A DNA stretch of 64,000 bases from Auanema rhodensis (Eukaryota; Animalia; Nematoda), in assembly GCA_964057225.1 (NCBI GenBank), contig OZ059898.1:17670001-17734000 (forward strand). Reading direction: 5' to 3'. Positions 25,801 through 39,100 of the stretch are shown one piece after another; position 1 is the stretch's first letter; the number at the start of each line of letters is the position of its first letter. A model generated the notes under the pieces. The model saw only the letters and a list, made by a program, of their open reading frames with translations. It was not told the origin of the DNA and did not search any database. The position numbers and the translations under genes are program-made.

Positions 25801-28800
25801 TAACTAATTTTTGTATTAAGCGTTTTTCAATGTAGTATAGTGCATTCGATGCGGATTTTTAAGCTGCGTCGATCTGTGTTATCAGATTTGCGCTAGCTTA
25901 AAAATGCACCGAGACATCAACTGATATAAGTTCACACTTATATCCTCGATTTTCACCCTGAAGAATTTATTTTTTCGTTGAATAACATTGTCCATCGTCT
26001 TTGCCTTGAAAAAAGGAATCTAAAAACATCTACTTTTTGCTAAATTATTCTGAAATTTTTCGAAAAAATTTTTGTCAAAATGTTTTTGGAAGCAATGTTG
26101 AGTGTACATGGAAACTCAACATACACTAATGCATCATTTTTCAAACGATCACAACTAATTTTTGTATAAAGCGTTTCTCAATGTCGTATAGTGCATTCGA
26201 TGCAGATTTGTAAGCTGCGTCAATTTGTGTTATCAGATTTGCGCTAGCTTAAAAATGCACCGAGACATCAACTGATATAAGTTCACACTTATATCCTCGA
26301 TTTTCACCCTGAAGAATTGATTTTTTCGTTGAATAACATTGTCCATCGTCTTTGCCTTGAAAAACGAAATCTGAAAACTTCTACTTTTTGCTAAATTATT
26401 TTGAAATTTTTCGAAAAAATTTTTGTCAAAATGTTTTTGGAAGCAATGTTGAGTGTACATGGAAACTCAACATACACTAATGCATCATTTTTCAAACGAT
26501 CACAACTAATTTTTGTATAAAGCGTTTCTCAATGTCGTATAGTGCATTCGATGCAGATTTGTAAGCTGCGTCGATCTGTGTTATCAGATTTGCGCTAGCT
26601 TAAAAATGCACCGAGATATCAACTGATATAAGTTCACACTTATATCCTCGATTTTCACCCTGAAGAATTGATTTTTTCGTTGAATAACGTTGTCCATCGT
26701 CTTTGCCTTGAAAAAAGGAATCTAAAAACTTCTACTTTTTGCTAAATTATTCTGAAATTTTTCGAAAAAATTTTTGTCAAAATGTTTTTGGAAGCAATGT
26801 TGAGTGTACATGGAAACTCAACATACACTAATGCATCATTTTTCAAACGATCATAACTAATTTCTGTATTAAACGTTTCTCAATGTAGTATAGTGCATTC
26901 GATGCGGATTTTTAAGCTGCGTCGATCTGTGTTATCAGATTTGCGCTAGCTTAAAAATGCACCGAGACATCAACTGATATAAGTTCACACTTATATCCTC
27001 GATTTTCACCCTGAAGAATTGATTTTTTCGTTGAATAACATTGTCCATCGTCTTTGCCTTGAAAAACGAAATCTAAAAACATTTACTTTTTGCTAAATTA
27101 TTTTGAAATTTTTCGAAAAAATTTTTGTCAAAATGTTTTTGGAAGCAATGTTGAGTGTACATGGAAACTCAACATACACTATTGCATCATTTTTCAAACG
27201 ATCATAACTAATTTTTGTATTAAGCGTTTCTCAATGTAGTATAGTGCATTCGATGCGGATTTTTAAGCTGCGTCGATCTGCGTTATCAGATTTGCGCTAG
27301 CTTAAAAATGCACCGAGACATCAACTGATATAAGTTCACACTTATATCCTCGATTTTCACCCTGAAGAATTTATTTTTTCGTTGAATAACATTGTCCATC
27401 GTCTTTGCCTTGAAAAAAGGAATCTAAAAACATCTACTTTTTGCTAAATTATTCTGAAATTTTTCGAAAAAATTTTTGTCAAAATGTTTTTGGAAGCAAT
27501 GTTGAGTGTACATGGAAACTCAACATACACTAATGCATCATTTTTCAAACGATCATAACTAATTTCTGTATTAAACGTTTCTCAATGTAGTATAGTGCAT
27601 TCGATGCGGATTTTTAAGCTGCGTCGATCTGTGTTATCAGATTTGCGCTAGCTTAAAAATGCACCGAGACATCAACTGATATAAGTTCACACTTATATCC
27701 TCGATTTTCACCCTGAAGAATTGATTTTTTCGTTGAATAACATTGTCCATCGTCTTTGCCTTGAAAAACGAAATCTGAAAACTTCTACTTTTTGCTAAAT
27801 TATTTTGAAATTTTTCGAAAAAATTTTTGTCAAAATGTTTTTGGAAGCAATGTTGAGTGTACATGGAAACTCAACATACACTAATGCATCATTTTTCAAA
27901 CGATCACAACTAATTTTTGTATAAAGCGTTTCTCAATGTCGTAAAGTGCATTCGATGCAGATTTGTAAGCTGCGTCGATCTGTGTTATCAGATTTGCGCT
28001 AGCTTAAAAATGCACCGAGATATCAACTGATATAAGTTCACACTTATATCCTCGATTTTCACCCTGAAGAATTGATTTTTTCGTTGAATAACATTGTCCA
28101 TCGTCTTTGCCTTGAAAAACGAAATCTGAAAACTTCTACTTTTTGCTAAATTATTTTGAAATTTTTCGAAAAAATTTTTGTCAAAATGTTTTTGGAAGCA
28201 ATGTTGAGTGTACATGGAAACTCAACATACACTAATGCATCATTTTTCAAACGATCACAACTAATTTTTGTATAAAGCGTTTCTCAATGTAGTATAGTGC
28301 ATTCGATGCGGATTTTTAAGCTGCGTCGATCTGTGTTATCAGATTTGCGCTAGCTTAAAAATGCACCGAGACATCAACTGATATAAGTTCACACTTATAT
28401 CCTCGATTTTCACCCTGAAGAATTAATTTTTTCGTTGAATAACGTTGTCCATCGTCTTTGCCTTGAAAAAAGGAATCTAAAAACATCTACTTTTTGCTAA
28501 ATTATTTCGAAATTTTTCGAAAAAATTTTTGTCAAAATGTTTTTGGAAGCAATGTTGAGTGTACATGGAAACTCAACATACACTAATGCATCATTTTTCA
28601 AACGATCATAACTAATTTTTGTATTAAGCGTTTTTCAATGTAGTATAGTGCATTCGATGCGGATTTTTAAGCTGCGTCGATCTGTGTTATCAGATTTGCG
28701 CTAGCTTAAAAATGCACCGAGACATCAACTGATATAAGTTCACACTTATATCCTCGATTTTCACCCTGAAGAATTTATTTTTTCGTTGAATAACATTGTC

Positions 28801-30185
28801 CATCGTCTTTGCCTTGAAAAAAGGAATCTAAAAACATCTACTTTTTGCTAAATTATTCTGAAATTTTTCGAAAAAATTTTTGTCAAAATGTTTTTGGAAG
28901 CAATGTTGAGTGTACATGGAAACTCAACATACACTAATGCATCATTTTTCAAACGATCATAACTAATTTCTGTATTAAACGTTTCTCAATGTAGTATAGT
29001 GCATTCGATGCGTATTTTTAAGCTGCGTCGATCTGTGTTATCAGATTTGCGCTAGCTTAAAAATGCACCGAGACATCAACTGATATAAGTTCACACTTAT
29101 ATCCTCGATTTTCACCATGAAGAAATAATTTTTTCGTTGAATAACATTGTCCATCGTCTTTGCCTTGAAAAAAAAAATCTAAAAACATCTACTTTTTGCT
29201 AAATTATTTTGAAATTTTTCGAAAAAATTTTTGTCAAAATGTTTTTGGAAGCAATGTTGAGTGTACATGGAAACTCAACATACACTAATGCATTATTTTT
29301 CAAACGATCATAACTAATTTTTGTATTAAGCGTTTCTCAATGTAGTATAGTGCATTCGATGCGGATTTTTAAGCTGCGTCGATCTGTGTTATCAGATTTG
29401 CGCTAGCTTAAAAATGCACCGAGACATCAACTGATATAAGTTCACACTTATATCCTCGATTTTCACCCTGAAGAAATAATTTTTTCGTTGAATAACATTG
29501 TCCATCGTCTTTGCCTTGAAAAAAAAAATCTAAAAACATCTACTTTTTGCTAAATTATTTTGAAATTTTTCGAAAAAATTTTTGTCAAAATGTTTTTGGA
29601 AGCAATGTTGAGTGTACATGGAAACTCAACATACACTAATGCATCATTTTTCAAACGATCATAACTAATTTTTGTATTAAGCGTTTCTCAATGTAGTATA
29701 GTGCATTCGATGCGGATTTTTAAGCTGCGTCGATCTGTGTTATCAGATTTGCGCTAGCTTAAAAATGCACCGAGACATCAACTGATATAAGTTCACACTT
29801 ATATCCTCGATTTTCACCCTGAAGAATTAATTTTTTCGTTGAATAACATTGTCCATCGTCTTTGCCTTGAAAAAAGGAATCTAAAAACATCTACTTTTTG
29901 CTAAATTATTTCGAAATTTTTCGAAAAAAGTTTTGTCAAAATGTTTTTGGAAGCAATGTTGAGTGTACATGGAAACTCAACATACACTAATGCATCATTT
30001 TTCAAACGATCATAACTAATTTTTGTATTAAGCGTTTTTCAATGTAGTATAGTGCATTCGATGCGGATTTTTAAGCTGCGTCGATCTGTGTTATCAGATT
30101 TGCGCTAGCTTAAAAATGCACCGAGACATCAACTGATATAAGTTCACACTTATATCCTCGATTTTCACCCTGAAGAATTTATTTT

Positions 30186-33100
30186 TTCGTTGAATAACAT
30201 TGTCCATCGTCTTTGCCTTGAAAAAAGGAATCTAAAAACATCTACTTTTTGCTAAATTATTCTGAAATTTTTCGAAAAAATTTTTGTCAAAATGTTTTTG
30301 GAAGCAATGTTGAGTGTACATGGAAACTCAACATACACTAATGCATCATTTTTCAAACGATCATAACTAATTTCTGTATTAAACGTTTCTCAATGTAGTA
30401 TAGTGCATTCGATGCGTATTTTTAAGCTGCGTCGATCTGTGTTATCAGATTTGCGCTAGCTTAAAAATGCACCGAGACATCAACTGATATAAGTTCACAC
30501 TTATATCCTCGATTTTCACCATGAAGAATTGATTTTTTCGTTGAATAACATTGTCCATCGTCTTTGCCTTGAAAAACGAAATCTGAAAACTTCTACTTTT
30601 TGCTAAATTATTTTGAAATTTTTCGAAAAAATTTTTGTCAAAATGTTTTTGGAAGCAATGTTGAGTGTACATGGAAACTCAACATACACTAATGCATCAT
30701 TTTTCAAACGATCACAACTAATTTTTGTATAAAGCGTTTCTCAATGTCGTATAGTGCATTCGATGCAGATTTGTAAGCTGCGTCGATCTGTGTTATCAGA
30801 TTTGCGCTAGCTTAAAAATGCACCGAGATATCAACTGATATAAGTTCACACTTATATCCTCGATTTTCACCCTGAAGAATTAATTTTTTCGTTGAATAAC
30901 ATTAGCCATCGTCTTTGCCTTATAAAAAGGAATCTAAAAACATTTACTTTTTGCTAAATTATTTTGAAATTTTTCGAAAAAATTTTTGTCAAAATGTTTT
31001 TGGAAGCAATGTTGAGTGTACATGGAAACTCAACATACACTAATGCATTATTTTTCAAACGATCATAACTAATTTTTGTATTAAGCGTTTTTCAATGTAG
31101 TATAGTGCATTCGATGCGGATTTTTAAGCTGCGTCGATCTGTGTTATCAGATTTGCGCTAGCTTAAAAATGCACCGAGACATCAACTGATATAAGTTCAC
31201 ACTTATATCCTCGATTTTCACCCTGAAGAAATAATTTTTTCGTTGAATAACATTGTCCATCGTCTTTGCCTTGAAAAAAAAATCTAAAAACATCTACTTT
31301 TTGCTAAATTATTTTGAAATTTTTCGAAAAAATTTTTGTCAAAATGTTTTTGGAAGCAATGTTGAGTGTACATGGAAACTCAACATACACTAATGCATCA
31401 TTTTTCAAACAATCATAACTAATTTTTGTATTAAGCGTTTCTCAATGTAGAATAGTGCATTCGATGCAGTTTTGTAAGCTGCGTCGATCTGTTTGATCAG
31501 ATTTGGGCTAGCTTAAAAATGCACCGAGATATCAACTGATATAAGTTCACACTTATATCCTCGACTTTCACCCTGAAGAATTAATTTTTTCGTTGAATAA
31601 CATTGTCCATCGTCTTTGCCTTGAAAAAAGGAATCTAAAAACATCTACTTTTTGCTAAATTATTCTGAAATTTTTCGAAAAAATTTTTGTCAAAATGTTT
31701 TTGGAAGCAATGTTGAGTGTACATGGAAACTCAACATACACTAATGCATCATTTTTCAAACGATCATAACTAATTTCTGTATTAAACGTTTCTCAATGTA
31801 GTATAGTGCATTCGATGCGGATTTTTAAGCTGCGTCGATCTGTGTTATCAGATTTGCGCTAGCTTAAAAATGCACCGAGACATCAACTGATATAAGTTCA
31901 CACTTATATCCTCGATTTTCACCCTGAAGAATTGATTTTTTCGTTGAATAACATTGTCCATCGTCTTTGCCTTGAAAAACGAAATCTGAAAACTTCTACT
32001 TTTTGCTAAATTATTTTGAAATTTTTCGAAAAAATTTTTGTCAAAATGTTTTTGGAAGCAATGTTGAGTGTACATGGAAACTCAACATACACTAATGCAT
32101 CATTTTTCAAACGATCACAACTAATTTTTGTATAAAGCGTTTCTCAATGTAGTATAGTGCATTCGATGCGGATTTTTAAGCTGCGTCGATCTGTGTTATC
32201 AGATTTGCGCTAGCTTAAAAATGCACCGAGACATCAACTGATATAAGTTCACACTTATATCCTCGATTTTCACCCTGAAGAATTGATTTTTTCGTTGAAT
32301 AACATTGTCCATCGTCTTTGCCTTGAAAAAAGGAATCTAAAAACATCTACTTTTTGCTAAATTATTCTGAAATTTTTCAAAAAAGTTTTTGTCAAAATGT
32401 TTTTGGAAGCAATGTTGAGTGTACATGGAAACTCAACATACACTAATGCATTATTTTTCAAACAATCATAACTAATTTTTGTATTAAGCGTTTCTCAATG
32501 TAGAATAGTGCATTCGATGCAGTTTTGTAAGCTGCGTCGATCTGTTTGATCAGATTTGGGCTAGCTTAAAAATACACCGAGACATCAACTGATATAAGTT
32601 CACACTTATATCCTCGATTTTCACCCTGAAGAAATAATTTTTTCGTTGAATAACATTGTCCATCGTCTTTGCCTTGAAAAAAGGAATCTAAAAACATCTA
32701 CTTTTTGCTAAATTATTCTGAAATTTTTCGAAAAAATTTTTGTCAAAATGTTTTTGGAAGCAATGTTGAGTGTACATGGAAACTCAACATACACTAATGC
32801 ATCATTTTTCAAACGATCATAACTAATTTCTGTATTAAACGTTTCTCAATGTAGTATAGTGCATTCGATGCGGATTTTTAAGCTGCGTCGATCTGTGTTA
32901 TCAGATTTGCGCTAGCTTAAAAATGCACCGAGACATCAACTGATATAAGTTCACACTTATATCCTCGATTTTCACCCTGAAGAATTGATTTTTTCGTTGA
33001 ATAACATTGTCCATCGTCTTTGCCTTGAAAAACGAAATCTGAAAACTTCTACTTTTTGCTAAATTATTTTGAAATTTTTCGAAAAAATTTTTGTCAAAAT

Positions 33101-36100
33101 GTTTTTGGAAGCAATGTTGAGTGTACATGGAAACTCAACATACACTAATGCATCATTTTTCAAACAATCATAACTAATTTTTGTATAAAGCGTTTCTCAA
33201 TGTAGTATAGTGCATTCGATGCGGATTTTTAAGCTGCGTCGATCTGTGTTATCAGATTTGCGCTAGCTTAAAAATGCACCGAGACATCAACTGATATAAG
33301 TTCACACTTATATCCTCGATTTTCACCCTGAAGAATTGATTTTTTCGTTGAATAACATTGTCCATCGTCTTTGCCTTGAAAAAAGGAATCTAAAAACATC
33401 TACTTTTTGCTAAATTATTCTGAAATTTTTCGAAAAAATTTTTGTCAAAATGTTTTTGGAAGCAATGTTGAGTGTACATGGAAACTCAACATACACTAAT
33501 GCATTATTTTTCAAACAATCATAACTAATTTTTGTATTAAGCGTTTCTCAATGTAGAATAGTGCATTCGATGCAGTTTTGTAAGCTGCGTCGATCTGTTT
33601 GATCAGATTTGGGCTAGCTTAAAAATGCACCGAGACATCAACTGATATAAGTTCACACTTATATCCTCGATTTTCACCCTGAAGAAATAATTTTTTCGTT
33701 GAATAACATTGTCCATCGTCTTTGCCTTGAAAAAAAAAATCTAAAAACATCTACTTTTTGCTAAATTATTTTGAAATTTTTCGAAAAAATTTTTGTCAAA
33801 ATGTTTTTGGAAGCAATGTTGAGTGTACATGGAAACTCAACATACACTAATGCATCATTTTTCAAACAATCATAACTAATTTTTGTATTAAGCGTTTCTC
33901 AATGTAGTATAGTGCATTCGATGCGGATTTTTAAGCTGCGTCGATCTGTGTTATCAGATTTGCGCTAGCTTAAAAATGCACCGAGACATCAACTGATATA
34001 AGTTCACACTTATATCCTCGATTTTCACCCTGAAGAATTGATTTTTTCGTTGAATAACATTGCCCATCGTCTTTGCCTTGAAAAACGAAATCTGAAAACT
34101 TCTACTTTTTGCTAAATTATTTTGAAATTTTTCGAAAAAATTTTTGTCAAAATGTTTTTGGAAGCAATGTTGAGTGTACATGGAAACTCAACATACACTA
34201 ATGCATTATTTTTCAAACAATCATAACTAATTTTTGTATTAAGCGTTTCTCAATGTAGAATAGTGCATTCGATGCAGTTTTGTAAGCTGCGTCGATCTGT
34301 TTGATCAGATTTGGGCTAGCTTAAAAATGCACCGAGACATCAACTGATATAAGTTCACACTTATATCCTCGATTTTCACCCTGAAGAAATAATTTTTTCG
34401 TTGAATAACATTGTCCATCGTCTTTGCCTTGAAAAAAAAAATCTAAAAACATCTACTTTTTGCTAAATTATTTTGAAATTTTTCGAAAAAATTTTTGTCA
34501 AAATGTTTTTGGAAGCAATGTTGAGTGTACATGGAAACTCAACATACACTAATGCATCATTTTTCAAACAATCATAACTAATTTTTGTATTAAGCGTTTC
34601 TCAATGTAGAATAGTGCATTCGATGCAGTTTTGTAAGCTGCGTCGATCTGTTTGATCAGATTTGCGCTAGCTTAAAAATGCACCGAGATATCAACTGATA
34701 TAAGTTCACACTTATATCCTCGATTTTCACCCTGAAGAATTGATTTTTTCGTTGAATAACATTGTCCATCGTCTTTGCCTTGAAAAACGAAATCTGAAAA
34801 CTTCTACTTTTTGCTAAATTATTTTGAAATTTTTCGAAAAAATTTTTGTCAAAATGTTTTTGGAAGCAATGTTGAGTGTACATGGAAACTCAACATACAC
34901 TAATGCATTATTTTTCAAACGATCATAACTAATTTTTGTATTAAGCGTTTCTCAATGTAGTATAGTGCATTCGATGCGGATTTTTAAGCTGCGTCGATCT
35001 GTGTTATCAGATTTGCGCTAGCTTAAAAATGTACCGAGACATCAACTGATATAAGTTCACACTTATATCCTCGATTTTCACCCTGAAGAAATAATTTTTT
35101 CGTTGAATAACATTGTCCATCGTCTTTGCCTTATAAAAAGGAATCTAAAAACATTTACTTTTTGCTAAATTATTTTGAAATTTTTCGAAAAAATTTTTGT
35201 CAAAATGTTTTTGGAAGCAATGTTGAGTGTACATGGAAACTCAACATACACTAATGCATTATTTTTCAAACGATCATAACTAATTTTTGTATTAAGCGTT
35301 TCTCAATGTAGTATAGTGCATTCGATGCGGATTTTTAAGCTGCGTCGATCTGTGTTATCAGATTTGCGCTAGCTTAAAAATGCACCGAGACATCAACTGA
35401 TATAAGTTCACACTTATATCCTCGATTTTCACCCTGAAGAAATAATTTTTTCGTTGAATAACATTGTCCATCGTCTTTGCCTTGAAAAAAGGAATCTAAA
35501 AACATCTACTTCTTGCTAAATTATTCTGAAATTTTTCGAAAAAATTTTTGTCAAAATGTTTTTGGAAGCAATGTTGAGTGTACATGGAAACTCAACATAC
35601 ACTAATGCATCATTTTTCAAACGATCATAACTAATTTTTGTATCAAGCGTTTCTCGATGTAGTATAGTGCATTCGATGCGGATTTTTAAGCTGCGTCGAT
35701 CTGTGTGATCAGATTTGGGCTAGCTTAAAAATGCACCGAGATATCAACTGATATAAGTTCACACTTATATCCTCGATTTTCACCCTAAAGAATTAATTTT
35801 TTCGTTGAATAACATTGTCCATCGTCTTTGCCTTGAAAAAAGGAATCTAAAAACATCTACTTCTTGCTAAATTATTCTGAAATTTTTCGAAAAAATTTTT
35901 GTCAAAATGTTTTTGGAAGCAATGTTGAGTGTACATGGAAACTCAACATACACTAATGCATTATTTTTCAAACGATCATAACTAATTTTTGTATTAAGCG
36001 TTTCTCAATGTAGTATAGTGCATTCGATGCGGATTTTTAAGCTGCGTCGATCTGTGTTATCAGATTTGCGCTAGCTTAAAAATGCACCGAGACATCAACT

Positions 36101-39100
36101 GATATAAGTTCACACTTATATCCTCGATTTTCACCCTGAAGAAATAATTTTTTCGTTGAATAACATTGTCCATCGTCTTTGCCTTGAAAAAAAAAATCTA
36201 AAAACATCTACTTTTTGCTAAATTATTTTGAAATTTTTCGAAAAAATTTTTGTCAAAATGTTTTTGGAAGCAATGTTGAGTGTACATGGAAACTCAACAT
36301 ACACTAATGAATCATTTTTCAAACAATCATAACTAATTTTTGTATTAAGCGTTTCTCAATGTAGAATAGTGCATTCGATGCAGTTTTGTAAGCTGCGTCG
36401 ATCTGTTTGATCAGATTTGGGCTAGCTTAAAAATGCACCGAGATATCAACTGATATAAGTTCACACTTATATCCTCGATTTTCACCCTGAAGAATTAATT
36501 TTTTCGTTGAATAACATTGTCCATCGTCTTTGCCTTGAAAAAAGGAATCTAAAAACATCTACTTCTTGCTAAATTATTCTGAAATTTTTCGAAAAAATTT
36601 TTGTCAAAATGTTTTTGGAAGCAATGTTGAGTGTACATGGAAACTCAACATACACTAATGCATCATTTTTCAAACGATCATAACTAATTTTTGTATCAAG
36701 CGTTTCTCGATGTAGTATAGTGCATTCGATGCGGATTTTTAAGCTGCGTCGATCTGTGTGATCAGATTTGGGCTAGCTTAAAAATGCACCGAGATATCAA
36801 CTGATATAAGTTCACACTTATATCCTCGATTTTCACCCTAAAGAATTAATTTTTTCGTTGAATAACATTGTCTATCGTCTTTGCTTTGAAAAATGGAATC
36901 TAAAAACATCTACTTTTTGCTAAATTATTCTGAAATTTTTCGAAAAAATTTTTGTCAAAATGTTTTTGGAAGCAATGTTGAGTGTACATGGAAACTCAAC
37001 ATACACTAATGCATCATTTTTCAAACGATCATAACTAATTTCTGTATTAAACGTTTCTCAATGTAGTATAGTGCATTCGATGCGTATTTTTAAGCTGCGT
37101 CGATCTGTGTTATCAGATTTGCGCTAGCTTAAAAATGCACCGAGACATCAACTGATATAAGTTCACACTTATATCCTCGATTTTCACCATGAAGAATTGA
37201 TTTTTTCGTTGAATAACATTGTCCATCGTCTTTGCCTTGAAAAACGAAATCTGAAAACTTCTACTTTTTGCTAAATTATTTTGAAATTTTTCGAAAAAAT
37301 TTTTGTCAAAATGTTTTTGGAAGCAATGTTGAGTGTACATGGAAACTCAACATACACTAATGCATCATTTTTCAAACGATCATAACTAATTTCTGTATTA
37401 AACGTTTCTCAATGTAGTATAGTGCATTCGATGCGGATTTTTAAGCTGCGTCGATCTGTGTTATCAGATTTGCGCTAGCTTAAAAATGCACCGAGACATC
37501 AACTGATATAAGTTCACACTTATATCCTCGATTTTCACCCTGAAGAATTGATTTTTTCGTTGAATAACATTGTCCATCGTCTTTGCCTTCAAAAAAGGAA
37601 TCTAAAAACATCTACTTTTTGCTAAATTATTTCGAAATTTTTCGAAAAAATTTTTGTCAAAATGTTTTTGGAAGCAATGTTGAGTGTACATGGAAACTCA
37701 ACATACACTAATGCATTATTTTTCAAACGATCATAACTAATTTTTGTATTAAGCGTTTCTCAATGTAGTATAGTGCATTCGATGCGGATTTTTAAGCTGC
37801 GTCGATCTGTGTTATCAGATTTGCGCTAGCTTAAAAATGTACCGAGACATCAACTGATATAAGTTCACACTTATATCCTCGATTTTCACCCTGAAGAAAT
37901 AATTTTTTCGTTGAATAACATTATCCATCGTCTTTGCCTTATAAAAAGGAATCTAAAAACATTTACTTTTTGCTAAATTATTTTGAAATTTTTCGAAAAA
38001 ATTTTTGTCAAAATGTTTTTGGAAGCAATGTTGAGTGTACATGGAAACTCAACATACACTAATGCATCATTTTTCAAACGATCACAACTAATTTTTGTAT
38101 AAAGCGTTTCTCAATGTAGTATAGTGCATTCGATGCGGATTTTTAAGCTGCGTCGATCTGTGTTATCAGATTTGCGCTAGCTTAAAAATGCACCGAGATA
38201 TCAACTGATATAAGTTCACACTTATATCCTCGATTTTCACCCTGAAGAATTGATTTTTTCGTTGAATAACATTGTCCATCGTCTTTGCCTTGAAAAACGA
38301 AATCTGAAAACTTCTACTTTTTGCTAAATTATTTTGAAATTTTTCGAAAAAATTTTTGTCAAAATGTTTTTGGAAGCAATGTTGAGTGTACATGGAAACT
38401 CAACATACACTAATGCATCATTTTTCAAACAATCATAACTAATTTTTGTATTAAGCGTTTCTCAATGTAGAATAGTGCATTCGATGCAGTTTTGTAAGCT
38501 GCGTCGATCTGTTTGATCAGATTTGGGCTAGCTTAAAAATGCACCGAGATATCAACTGATATAAGTTCACACTTATATCCTCGATTTTCACCCTGAAGAA
38601 TTAATTTTTTCGTTGAATAACATTGTCCATCGTCTTTGCCTTGAAAAAAGGAATCTAAAAACATCTACTTTCTGCTAAATTATTCTGAAATTTTTCGAAA
38701 AAATTTTTGTCAAAATGTTTTTGGAAGCAATGTTGAGTGTACATGGAAACTCAACATACACTAATGCATCATTTTTCAAACAATCATAACTAATTTTTGT
38801 ATTAAGCGTTTCTCAATGTAGAATAGTGCATTCGATGCAGTTTTGTAAGCTGCGTCGATCTGTTTGATCAGATTTGGGCTAGCTTAAAAATGCACCGAGA
38901 TATCAACTGATATAAGTTCACACTTATATCCTCGATTTTCACCCTGAAGAATTAATTTTTTCGTTGAATAACATTGTCCATCGTCTTTGCCTTGAAAAAA
39001 GGAATCTAAAAACATCTACTTTTTGCTAAATTATTCTGAAATTTTTCGAAAAAATTTTTGTCAAAATGTTTTTGGAAGCAATGTTGAGTGTACATGGAAA

